Assembly: GCA_963801355.1 (NCBI GenBank)
Contig: CAWDEM010000004.1
Location: 1,344,001-1,408,000, forward strand
From: Ignavibacteriota bacterium
GTDB lineage: Bacteria > Bacteroidota > Ignavibacteria > UBA10030 > UBA6906
Direction of reading: 5' to 3'
DNA: 64,000 bases
A program made the position numbers and the translations under genes. Each line of letters begins with the position of its first letter. Positions within the stretch are counted from its first letter, which is position 1. Below the pieces are notes generated by a model. That model ran no database searches. It worked only from the letters and a program-made list of their open reading frames with translations, and was not told where the DNA came from. Below, in pieces: positions 10,708 through 19,644 of the stretch.

Positions 10708-11829
10708 ATGGAAATTCCAATTGTCAATCTCGCTGATACACCGGCAGGCCGCCAGACGGCGAAGTCCGGCGTACGGCGCATGACCCGCCAGGTAAACATC
10801 GGCGGCATCAAAGTGGGAGGAAACGCACCCATTTCCGTCCAGACGATGACGAAAACCAGAACCGCCGATATTGCCGGGACGGTTGGGCAGATTGTCGCGG
10901 CCGCGGAAGCGGGTTGCGACATCGTACGTGTCACCGTGAACGACAGGGAAGCCGCCGATGCCATTGCGGAAATTGTCCGGCTATCCCCGGTGCCGATCGT
11001 CGCCGATATCCACTTCAATCACATCTTTGCACTCAAGGCAATCGAGGGGAACGTCGCGAAGGTGCGGATCAACCCCGGGAACATCGGCAATCGGGACCGT
11101 ATCCATCAGGTCCTCAGTGCGGCGAAAGACAAGGGGATTCCCATACGCATCGGGGTGAACAGCGGTTCGCTCGAAGAGGACATTCTCGAAAAGCACGGGT
11201 ATCCCACTGCCGAGGCGCTGTACGAGAGCGCGATGCGGCATGTGCAGATCTGTGATGAGTTCGGATTCAAGGATGTGGTGATCTCCGTGAAATCTACGGA
11301 TGTGCGGCTGATGATCGATGCCTACCGGCTGGTCGCACAGCGCACGGATATCCCGCTGCACCTCGGCGTGACCGAAGCCGGACCGACACGCACGGGCACC
11401 ATCAAGTCTGCGGTCGGCATCGGTGCCCTGCTTGCCGAGGGGATCGGCGACACCATTCGCGTATCATTGACCGACGAGCCTGTCAAAGAAGTGGAGGTAG
11501 GGAAGGAGATCCTCCGGTCGCTCGGACTCGCCACCCGGAACGTGGAGCTGATTGCATGTCCGACCTGCGGCCGGCTGGAGGTGGATCTCTTCGCGATCAT
11601 GGCCGAGCTCGAGAAACGGCTCGAGGGGATCAAAAAACCGGTGAAAATCGCGGTGCTCGGATGCGTGGTGAACGGACCCGGAGAAGCCAGCGAAGCGGAC
11701 ATCGGCATTGCAGCGGGAAAAGGCATGGGGATTCTCTACCGCAAGGGGGAAATGATCCGCAAGGTGAAGGAAGCCGACATTGTCGATGTGATTGTTGAAG
11801 AGGTCAGGAACTTCCAGCCCAACCTCTGA
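10708..11829 (+). CDS. ispG: (E)-4-hydroxy-3-methylbut-2-enyl-diphosphate synthase
   Basis: VADIHF, RINPGNIG, RIGVNSGS, HLGVTEAG, CPTCGR and GCVVNGPGE. Confidence 0.97.
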   Translation: MEIPIVNLADTPAGRQTAKSGVRRMTRQVNIGGIKVGGNAPISVQTMTKTRTADIAGTVGQIVAAAEAGCDIVRVTVNDREAADAIAEIVRLSPVPIVADIHFNHIFALKAIEGNVAKVRINPGNIGNRDRIHQVLSAAKDKGIPIRIGVNSGSLEEDILEKHGYPTAEALYESAMRHVQICDEFGFKDVVISVKSTDVRLMIDAYRLVAQRTDIPLHLGVTEAGPTRTGTIKSAVGIGALLAEGIGDTIRVSLTDEPVKEVEVGKEILRSLGLATRNVELIACPTCGRLEVDLFAIMAELEKRLEGIKKPVKIAVLGCVVNGPGEASEADIGIAAGKGMGILYRKGEMIRKVKEADIVDVIVEEVRNFQPNL

Positions 11830-12626
11830 TGCCCTCATCCCTGAATATCCTCTTTGTGGGCGACATCGTCGGCACACCCGGCCTGGATCTCGCCACGTCC
11901 CTCCTGCCAGGGCTCGTCAAGAAATACTCGGCCGACCTGGTCATTGTCAACGGCGAAAATGCCACCGAGGGCAAAGGCATCTCCGAGGAACACGCGAAGC
12001 GGATCTTCGAACTCGGCGTGCATGTCATCACTACCGGGAATCATGTGTGGGATCGCTGGGACAGCCGGAAACTGCTGGGCAGCGACAAGCGCATCCTCCG
12101 TCCGCTCAACTATCCCAAGGATAACGGCGGGAACGGTTTCATCGTGGTGGATCTGGGGGAGAAGGGGAAGGCAGGCGTGCTGAGCGTCCAGGGGCGCGTG
12201 TACATGCAGCCCATTGATGATCCCTTCAGGGCCGCAGAATGGGCGGTCGGGAAGATGGCGGAAGAGAGCAAGATCATCATCGTGGATTTTCATGCCGACG
12301 CCACAGCAGAGAAGATGGGCATGGGATGGTTCCTCGATGGCAAGGTCACCGCGATGGTGGGCACGCACACCCACACGCCCACGGCCGACGGTCGCATCCT
12401 CCCCCGGGGAACGGCGTTCATCACCGACGTGGGAATGACCGGGCCGTTCGATTCCGTGCTCGGGATGAAGAAAGACGCGGCCCTCCGGCGGATGATGCTG
12501 GGTACCCCGCACAAGTATGAAGTTGCCAGCAATGATGTGCGGCTGTGCGCGCTTCATATCCGTGCCGATGCCGATACCGGCAAGGCCGTCTCCATGGAAC
12601 AGATCATCTTCCCTCAATTTGGATGA
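11829..12626 (+). CDS. YmdB-like (TIGR00282) metallophosphoesterase
   Basis: GDIVG, NGEN, TTGNHVWD, DFHADATAEK, GTHTH, TDVGMTG. Confidence 0.93.
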   Translation: MPSSLNILFVGDIVGTPGLDLATSLLPGLVKKYSADLVIVNGENATEGKGISEEHAKRIFELGVHVITTGNHVWDRWDSRKLLGSDKRILRPLNYPKDNGGNGFIVVDLGEKGKAGVLSVQGRVYMQPIDDPFRAAEWAVGKMAEESKIIIVDFHADATAEKMGMGWFLDGKVTAMVGTHTHTPTADGRILPRGTAFITDVGMTGPFDSVLGMKKDAALRRMMLGTPHKYEVASNDVRLCALHIRADADTGKAVSMEQIIFPQFG

Positions 12627-13516
12627 CAACAATGGCAGCGACGCTCATTGACGGCAGGAAGATAGCTGCGGATATCAGGAGCGAAGTCCAGAAGGCGGCG
12701 GCAGTAATTGCGAAGGACCGGAACATCGTTCCGGGGCTCGGGTTCATACTGGTCGGGGAAAACGCCGCCTCACAGTCGTACGTACGGTCCAAGGGGAAAG
12801 CCTGTGCGGAGATGGGGTTTCACTCCGAAACCCTGCAGCTGCCCGAAAGCACGAGCGAGAAGGAAATCCTGTCTCTCATTCGGGCATGGAACACTGATCC
12901 CCGGATCCACGGCATTCTCGTCCAACTGCCGCTTCCCCCCCACATTAATGAACAGCATGTCATTGAGGCTATCGATCCCCAGAAGGACGTGGACGGATTT
13001 CACCCCGTGAATGTCGGCCGGCTGGTCATTGGACTGGAGTGCTTCGCGCCCTGCACGCCCGCGGGGATTCAGGAGTTGTTGACGCGAAGCGGCAATGACC
13101 CGGCGGGGAAGCACGTGGTGGTCGTGGGCCGGAGCAACATCGTGGGCAAGCCAGTTGCAAACTTGCTGTTGCAGAAGCGGATGGGGGCCAATGCTGTCGT
13201 CACTGTTGCGCATACCGGTGCACGGGACATTGCTCACTTCACGAAGGACGCCGACATTTTGATCGCCGCGGTGGGAAGGGCCGGGATGATCACCGGCGCC
13301 ATGCTCAAACAGGGGGCGGTGGTCATCGACGTGGGGATCAACCGTGTTCCTGATCCGACCACGAAGAGCGGATCCAGGCTGGTGGGTGACGTGCACTTTG
13401 CGTCCGCGGTGGAAGTCGCCAGTGCAATCACCCCGGTGCCAGGCGGTGTGGGGCCCATGACCATTGCAATGTTGATGCGCAACACCCTGCTGGCAGCCGA
13501 GCGTTCGTTGGATTGA
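12623..13516 (+). CDS. folD: Bifunctional methylenetetrahydrofolate dehydrogenase/cyclohydrolase
   Basis: YVRSK, GILVQLPLP, KDVDGFHP, PCTPAG, GRSNIVGKP, TPVPGGVGPMT. Start is 12623 or 12632. Confidence 0.97.
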   Translation: MTTMAATLIDGRKIAADIRSEVQKAAAVIAKDRNIVPGLGFILVGENAASQSYVRSKGKACAEMGFHSETLQLPESTSEKEILSLIRAWNTDPRIHGILVQLPLPPHINEQHVIEAIDPQKDVDGFHPVNVGRLVIGLECFAPCTPAGIQELLTRSGNDPAGKHVVVVGRSNIVGKPVANLLLQKRMGANAVVTVAHTGARDIAHFTKDADILIAAVGRAGMITGAMLKQGAVVIDVGINRVPDPTTKSGSRLVGDVHFASAVEVASAITPVPGGVGPMTIAMLMRNTLLAAERSLD

Positions 13517-13517
13517 C

Positions 13518-13545
13518 AAGCCTGGGGAAAAAGCCAGGCTTTGTT
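13518..13545 (+). terminator. Hairpin or possible terminator after folD
   Basis: AAGCCTGG-N8-CCAGGCTT followed by a short T-rich tract. Confidence 0.5.
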
Positions 13546-13589
13546 CCCTGACTTTATTGTCTGACTTCACAACTCACCGAGAGGTACCA

Positions 13590-15149
13590 ATGGCCATCAC
13601 AAAATTCAAAAATGAAGCGGTCCTGAACTTCAAAACGGCTGCGAACCGCAAGAAACAGCAAGCAGCAATCGAAAAAGTACGCGCTGCATTGGGGAAAGAG
13701 TACCCCATTCTCATCGGCAACGAGCGCATCACCATGTCCCAGAAGTTCAATTCGTACAACCCCTCGAAGCCGACTGAGGTGGTCGGTGTCTTCCAGAAGG
13801 GGGATGTCACGACTGCGAACAAGGCAATGGAGGTTGCCCAGGCGGCATTTGAGGAGTGGAAGCGCGTCCCGCCGGCGAAACGGGCTGACTTCTTGTTCAA
13901 AGCCGCGAAATTGATGCGCAAAAAGCGATTCGAGCTCAACGCCCTCGAGATTTTTGAGGTTGGCAAAAGCTGGCCGGAGGCGGACGCGGATGTGGCCGAA
14001 GCCATCGATTTCCTGGAATACTACGGCCGGGAGATGTTGCGGTACGGCGTCAATCACCCGGTGGTCAAGAATCCCGGTGAGAGGGGAAAGCTGGTGTACA
14101 TCCCTCTCGGGGTTGGCGTGGTCATCCCACCGTGGAATTTTCCGCTGGCAATCCTTGCGGGGATGACTTCTGCCGCCGTGGTGACAGGCAACACCGTGGT
14201 GCTGAAGCCCTCCAGTGATTCCCCGCGGATCGGGTGGGCCTTCGTGGAAATTATGCAAGAGGCCGGACTGCCTGCGGGCGTCATCAATTTCGTCAGCGGG
14301 CCCGGTGCAGCAGTGGGTGACACGCTTGTCGCGCATCCCAGAACCCGCTTCGTGTCCTTTACGGGATCCAAAGAAGTCGGTATTCATATCAACGAGGTGG
14401 CGGCCAGGGTACAACCCGGTCAGATCTGGCTGAAACGCGTTGTCGCTGAAATGGGGGGCAAAGACAGCATTGTCGTGGATGAAGGAGTGAATATCGAAGA
14501 AGCGGCACAGGGCGTACTCGTGTCGGCGTTTGGTTTTCAGGGGCAGAAGTGTTCTGCCTGTTCGCGTGCGATTGTGGTGGAAAAGGAGTATGACCGCTTT
14601 GTCGGTATCCTTGCGAAGAAGGCGGAGGCGCTTACTGTTGGTGATCCCACCGATCCGGCGATGTACATGGGACCGGTAGTGAATGAAAAATCGTTCCAGA
14701 GTATCATGGCGTATATACAGAAGGGGATCGCCGAAGGCGGGCGCTGCGTGGCGGGAGGAGTGCGTGCGGCTGAAGGAGGATATTTCATCCGTCCCACGGT
14801 CATTGCCGACGTCGAACCCAGGGCAACGATATCACAGGAGGAGATTTTTGGACCCGTCCTGGCTGTCATCAAAGCGAGAGACTTTGACCATGCCCTGGAG
14901 ATTGCCAACAATACCGAATTTGGCCTGACGGGCGCGGTGTACTCCAGGAACAGGAAACACCTGACCGCAGCGGACGAGAATTTCTTTGTCGGCAATCTGT
15001 ATCTTAACAGGAAATGCACCGGCGCGCTGGTAGGCGTGCATCCCTTCGGGGGATTCAATATGAGCGGGACGGATTCCAAAGCGGGTGGCAAGGATTATCT
15101 GTTGCTGTTCCTTCAGGCGAAATCGGTTGCCGAATTGATCAAGCACTAA
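13590..15149 (+). CDS. pruA: L-glutamate gamma-semialdehyde (1-pyrroline-5-carboxylate) dehydrogenase, RocA-type
   Basis: EADADVAEAIDFLEYY, PWNFPLAI, FTGS, AEMGGKD, FQGQKCSACSR, EEIFGPV, SGTDSKAGG. Confidence 0.94.
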   Translation: MAITKFKNEAVLNFKTAANRKKQQAAIEKVRAALGKEYPILIGNERITMSQKFNSYNPSKPTEVVGVFQKGDVTTANKAMEVAQAAFEEWKRVPPAKRADFLFKAAKLMRKKRFELNALEIFEVGKSWPEADADVAEAIDFLEYYGREMLRYGVNHPVVKNPGERGKLVYIPLGVGVVIPPWNFPLAILAGMTSAAVVTGNTVVLKPSSDSPRIGWAFVEIMQEAGLPAGVINFVSGPGAAVGDTLVAHPRTRFVSFTGSKEVGIHINEVAARVQPGQIWLKRVVAEMGGKDSIVVDEGVNIEEAAQGVLVSAFGFQGQKCSACSRAIVVEKEYDRFVGILAKKAEALTVGDPTDPAMYMGPVVNEKSFQSIMAYIQKGIAEGGRCVAGGVRAAEGGYFIRPTVIADVEPRATISQEEIFGPVLAVIKARDFDHALEIANNTEFGLTGAVYSRNRKHLTAADENFFVGNLYLNRKCTGALVGVHPFGGFNMSGTDSKAGGKDYLLLFLQAKSVAELIKH

Positions 15150-15167
15150 TCAGCCGGGAATCATCCG

Positions 15168-16328
15168 ATGAAAGTTCACGAACACCAGGCGAAGGATATC
15201 CTCAAACGGTTCGACGTCGCCGTGCCTGCCGGTCAGGTCGCGTTTTCTGCAGAGGAAGCAGTGCGTGTTGCGATGGATCTGGGAGGGTCGGTATGGGTGG
15301 TCAAGGCCCAGATCCATGCCGGAGGCCGGGGAAAAGGTGGCGGCGTCAAGGTTGCCCGGTCACTCGACGAGGTGCGAACGATCGCCGGCCAGATGCTCGG
15401 CATGTATCTTAAGACACACCAGACCGGACCGGAAGGGCGTCTGGTCAAACGCCTGCTCATCGAGCAGGGCATAGCGATCGCACGCGAGCTCTACGTCGGC
15501 ATTACCCTCGACCGCGCGACATCACAGAATGTGGTGATGGTATCCACCGAGGGGGGGGTGGAGATCGAGAAAGTGGCGGCGGAGACGCCCGAGAAGATCC
15601 TCAAGGCGCACATTGACCGCGGCGCGGGATTCCGGCCGTTCCAGGCGCGTGCACTGGTGTTCGGGCTGGGCCTCACCGGCGAAGTGCAGAAGAACGCCGC
15701 AAGATTTTTGCTGGCCCTGTACCGGGCATACGAAGCCATGGACTGCTCGCTGGCGGAAATCAACCCTCTCGTCGTCACGGCGGACGGGCGTGTGCTTGCC
15801 CTCGACGCAAAGATGAACTTCGATGACAATGCCCTGGACCGGCATCCCGACCTTTATCCGTTGCGTGATCTTGATGAAGAAGATCCCCTTGAGGTGGAAG
15901 CGTCGAAATCAAACCTGAACTACATAAAACTTGACGGAAACGTGGGATGCATGGTGAACGGGGCAGGCCTGGCCATGGGGACCATGGACATCATCAAACT
16001 TGCAGGGGGGCAGCCGGCCAATTTCCTCGACGTGGGAGGCGGTGCAAGCGCTGAGACGGTGGAGGCGGGGTTCAAGATTATCCTGGCCGACCCGCACGTG
16101 AAAGCGGTGTTGATCAATATCTTCGGCGGGATTGTGCGCTGTGACCGTGTCGCCGCAGGTGTTGTTGAGGCCGCCCGCACGGTGCAGGTGCACATCCCCG
16201 TCGTGGTGCGCCTGGCCGGGACGAACGCGGAGATGGCTGCGGAGATCCTTGCCCGCTCCGGGATGAACTTCCTGGTCGCCTCGAGTCTGAAAGAAGCGGC
16301 ACTCAAGGTTACGCAAGCGATCGCATGA
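15168..16328 (+). CDS. sucC: Succinyl-CoA ligase beta subunit
   Basis: [51 protein letters not shown]. Confidence 0.97.
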   Translation: MKVHEHQAKDILKRFDVAVPAGQVAFSAEEAVRVAMDLGGSVWVVKAQIHAGGRGKGGGVKVARSLDEVRTIAGQMLGMYLKTHQTGPEGRLVKRLLIEQGIAIARELYVGITLDRATSQNVVMVSTEGGVEIEKVAAETPEKILKAHIDRGAGFRPFQARALVFGLGLTGEVQKNAARFLLALYRAYEAMDCSLAEINPLVVTADGRVLALDAKMNFDDNALDRHPDLYPLRDLDEEDPLEVEASKSNLNYIKLDGNVGCMVNGAGLAMGTMDIIKLAGGQPANFLDVGGGASAETVEAGFKIILADPHVKAVLINIFGGIVRCDRVAAGVVEAARTVQVHIPVVVRLAGTNAEMAAEILARSGMNFLVASSLKEAALKVTQAIA

Positions 16329-16371
16329 TGTGGCTCTCCGCCAAAAGCTCAGGGGTGAAGGGTTTCCGGTT

Positions 16372-17856
16372 ATGTCTCTGATGACGTCGACCCCGTATGA
16401 GCCGGTAATCGGGCTGGAAGTGCACGCGCAGTTGTCGACCGAAAGCAAGGCGTTCTGCGGTTGCTCCAGCCGGTTCGGCGGTGAACCCAACACAAATGTC
16501 TGTCCGGTCTGCCTGGGTATGCCGGGCACTCTTCCCGTGCTGAACCGGGCGCTGGTGGAGTTCATCCTCCGGATGGGTCTGGCCGTTCATTGCACGGTCG
16601 CACCCCGGTCAATCTTTGCCCGCAAGAACTACTTCTATCCGGATCTCCCCAAGGGGTATCAGATTTCCCAGTACGAAGAACCGATGTGTTCCGACGGGAT
16701 GGTGGAGATTGATCTTGACGAACGCACGCGAAAGCGGATCCGCGTCAAACGCATTCATATGGAAGAAGATGCGGGCAAGTCCATCCATGATCAGGGGGCG
16801 GATACGCTGGTGGATGTGAACCGCTGCGGCGTGCCGCTCATCGAGATCGTCACAGAGCCCGACATCAGCTCTTCCCGCGAAGCGTACCTCTATCTCCAGC
16901 AGATCCGGCAGCTTGTCACGTACCTCGGCATCTGCGACGGCAACATGGAAGAAGGCAGCCTCCGGTGCGATGCGAATGTGTCGGTCCGGAGACGCGGCGA
17001 TACCCGCCTGGGAACGAAGACGGAAGTGAAGAATATGAACTCTTTCCGGAATGTCGAGCGGGCCCTCGAGTTCGAGATCCATCGCCAGGTCGCGTTGATC
17101 GATGACGGCGGAAAGGTTGTGCAGGAGACCTTGCTCTGGGATGCCGATGCCGGAGTGGCGATCCCGATGCGCAGCAAAGAGGAAGCGCACGACTACCGGT
17201 ACTTCCCGGATCCTGATCTCGTGCCGGTGGTCGTCGATCAAGGATGGGTGGACGCGGTCCGGGCCTCACTACCCGAATTACCGCGTGCCCGGCGGGAGAG
17301 GTATTGCGAACAGTTTGCACTTCCCCGGTACGATGCCGATGTGCTGACGTCGGAGAAAGTTGTTGCGGACTACTTCGAGGCGACGCTGGATGCCTTACAT
17401 GCGATCTCCGGCGCGGACCTCCAGGGGAATGCAAAGACAGTGAGCAACTGGGTGATGACCGACATCCTCCGGGTGATGGCAGAGCGCGCGAGTGAACCGG
17501 AAGCCTTCCCGGTGCAACCTGCCCGGCTCGCCGCGATGATCGGGTTGATTCAGGAGGGGACCATCAGCGGGAAGATCGCGAAGGAGGTGTTTGACGAGAT
17601 GCTCTCATCCGGGGAGGAGCCCGCTGCGATCGTCAAGCGGAAGGGACTGATGCAGGTGTCCGACGAAGGGGCGATTGCAGGAATCATCGACGGGATGCTT
17701 GCCGCACATGCGGGGCAGGTCGAGCAATTCTTCTCGGGGAACGAGAAGATCTTCGGTTTTTTTGTGGGCGAGACGATGAAGTTGACGAAGGGCAAGGCGA
17801 ATCCCCGTCTCGTGAATGAACTCCTCAGAAAGAAGCTCTCCGCACGGAAGGGATAG
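16372..17856 (+). CDS. gatB: Asp-tRNA(Asn)/Glu-tRNA(Gln) amidotransferase subunit B
   Basis: [52 protein letters not shown]. Start is 16372 or 16381. Confidence 0.97.
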   Translation: MSLMTSTPYEPVIGLEVHAQLSTESKAFCGCSSRFGGEPNTNVCPVCLGMPGTLPVLNRALVEFILRMGLAVHCTVAPRSIFARKNYFYPDLPKGYQISQYEEPMCSDGMVEIDLDERTRKRIRVKRIHMEEDAGKSIHDQGADTLVDVNRCGVPLIEIVTEPDISSSREAYLYLQQIRQLVTYLGICDGNMEEGSLRCDANVSVRRRGDTRLGTKTEVKNMNSFRNVERALEFEIHRQVALIDDGGKVVQETLLWDADAGVAIPMRSKEEAHDYRYFPDPDLVPVVVDQGWVDAVRASLPELPRARRERYCEQFALPRYDADVLTSEKVVADYFEATLDALHAISGADLQGNAKTVSNWVMTDILRVMAERASEPEAFPVQPARLAAMIGLIQEGTISGKIAKEVFDEMLSSGEEPAAIVKRKGLMQVSDEGAIAGIIDGMLAAHAGQVEQFFSGNEKIFGFFVGETMKLTKGKANPRLVNELLRKKLSARKG

Positions 17857-17858
17857 CC

Positions 17859-18770
17859 ATGTACGAAATCCGCAATATCCTGGTGCCGACCGATTTTTCC
17901 TACCATGCGGACGACGCCCTGGAGCATGCTATAAATCTGGGGGCCCGCCTGAATGCTCACATCACCGTTTTGCATGTCGATGAGTTTTCCGTGTCGCCGC
18001 TGGGTGCGCGGGAGATTGACGACGAATCGGTACGCATGTTCAAGAAACGGCAGGCGGCGTTTTTTGAAGAACATTTTGCCAGGATCCGGGAGGGCGTGAA
18101 GGGATACACGGTGACGGTGAACACGATGGTGCTGCCGGGACGCTCGTACAAAGTCATCGTGGAAGAGAGCGAGCGCAAGGAATACGATCTCATCGTTCTT
18201 GCGACCAGGGGTTTGTCCCACCTCGCCCAGCACCTCATCGGGTCGACAACCGAACGGGTTGTACGCCTTTCGCGTCAGCCGGTTCTCAGCATCCAGCAGG
18301 CCCCTAAACAGGAGGGAGTCATTGGTTCGGTGCTTTGCCCGACCGATCTCTCGCCCGCCGGGAACGCCGCGTTAGCCTATGCAATCTCGATTGCACGGCA
18401 ATCGCATGCAAGACTGTTTATCCAATGCATTTCGGAGCTGGAGAAACCCGAGCCCCGTGATCAGCTGCTGAAACAGCTCACACCACTGACCGAACACCAT
18501 CCCCAGGCGGATGAAGTGGCCTGGGAATTGATTTGCGACCGGGATGTCGAGCCCAGCAATTCCATTATCAGATTTGCGGAAGATCGGGACGTCTCTCTCA
18601 TCGTGATGTCGGCTCACGGGCGCAAGGGCTTGCGGCGCGCGTACATCGGGAACAATACTGCGGAAGTCGTTCGCCAATCCACCCGACCCGTGCTGACCGT
18701 CAGGCACCCGTTCCATCGCAGGATTTTTTCACACCCGTTGACGGAACAATCCCGGTCACGGGTTCCTTGA
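17859..18770 (+). CDS. Universal stress protein with two tandem USP domains
   Basis: ILVPTDFS...IGSTTERVVR and VLCPTDLS...IGNNTAEVVR. Confidence 0.92.
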   Translation: MYEIRNILVPTDFSYHADDALEHAINLGARLNAHITVLHVDEFSVSPLGAREIDDESVRMFKKRQAAFFEEHFARIREGVKGYTVTVNTMVLPGRSYKVIVEESERKEYDLIVLATRGLSHLAQHLIGSTTERVVRLSRQPVLSIQQAPKQEGVIGSVLCPTDLSPAGNAALAYAISIARQSHARLFIQCISELEKPEPRDQLLKQLTPLTEHHPQADEVAWELICDRDVEPSNSIIRFAEDRDVSLIVMSAHGRKGLRRAYIGNNTAEVVRQSTRPVLTVRHPFHRRIFSHPLTEQSRSRVP

Positions 18771-18801
18771 TCAAGAACAATAGCGAGTCAGGAACACACA
18801 C

Positions 18802-19563
18802 ATGCGAACAATGATTATCGCCGGCAACTGGAAGATGTACAAGAATCTGCAGGAAACGACGGATCTCCTGTCGCAACTCAAAGCCGCAGTGCCACAATTG
18901 CCGCCCAACGTGATATCCGTTGTCTGTCCGCCGTTCACGTCCCTGCAAGCGGCGGCGGCAGCCCTGAAGGGATCAGCCTTCAAACTCGGCGCGCAGAACA
19001 TGTCGCAGCATGACGAAGGCGCATTCACCGGTGAAATCGCCGGCATAATGCTCAAGTCTGCGGGGTGTGAGTATGTAATTCTCGGGCATTCCGAGCGCCG
19101 GCAGTATTTCGGAGAGACGAATGAAGTTGTCAATCAGAAGGCCAAGAAAGCCCTGTCGCTCGGCCTGAAACCCATCGTCTGCGTGGGGGAGACGTTGCAG
19201 GAGCGGGAGGCAGGGATAACAGGGCAGGTGGTCACCACCCAGATTAAAGGATCGCTGCTCGGCATAGGGCCGCAGGATATGGTGAGCGTGATTATTGCGT
19301 ACGAACCGGTCTGGGCGATTGGCACCGGCAGAGTCGCCACGCCGCAGCAGGCTCAGGAGGTCCACCAGATCATCAGAAAACAGATCGCGCAGCTCTACGA
19401 TTGGGCTCTTGCCGAGAAAATCGTTATTCAATATGGCGGGAGCGTGAAGCCTGACAATGCGACAGATATACTCACGCAAAATGACGTAGATGGGGCACTT
19501 GTTGGAGGAGCATGCCTGAAAGCCGACTCATTTGCGGCGATTATGAGGGCTGCGAAACCGTAA
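18802..19563 (+). CDS. tpiA: Triosephosphate isomerase
   Basis: AGNWKM, GHSERR, AYEPVWAIGTG, YGGSVK, LVGGA. Confidence 0.98.
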   Translation: MRTMIIAGNWKMYKNLQETTDLLSQLKAAVPQLPPNVISVVCPPFTSLQAAAAALKGSAFKLGAQNMSQHDEGAFTGEIAGIMLKSAGCEYVILGHSERRQYFGETNEVVNQKAKKALSLGLKPIVCVGETLQEREAGITGQVVTTQIKGSLLGIGPQDMVSVIIAYEPVWAIGTGRVATPQQAQEVHQIIRKQIAQLYDWALAEKIVIQYGGSVKPDNATDILTQNDVDGALVGGACLKADSFAAIMRAAKP

Positions 19564-19578
19564 AACCTAGATTTTCCG

Positions 19579-19607
19579 TTGCTTTGGCGCCATTTTCTCT
19601 GTATATT
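19579..19607 (+). promoter_or_regulatory. Sigma70-type promoter of the GH2-like-smc operon
   Basis: TTGCTT, 17 nt, TATATT. Confidence 0.6.
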
Positions 19608-19644
19608 GTGGAGAAGGTTTCGATAACCTCCTGAAAACCAAACT

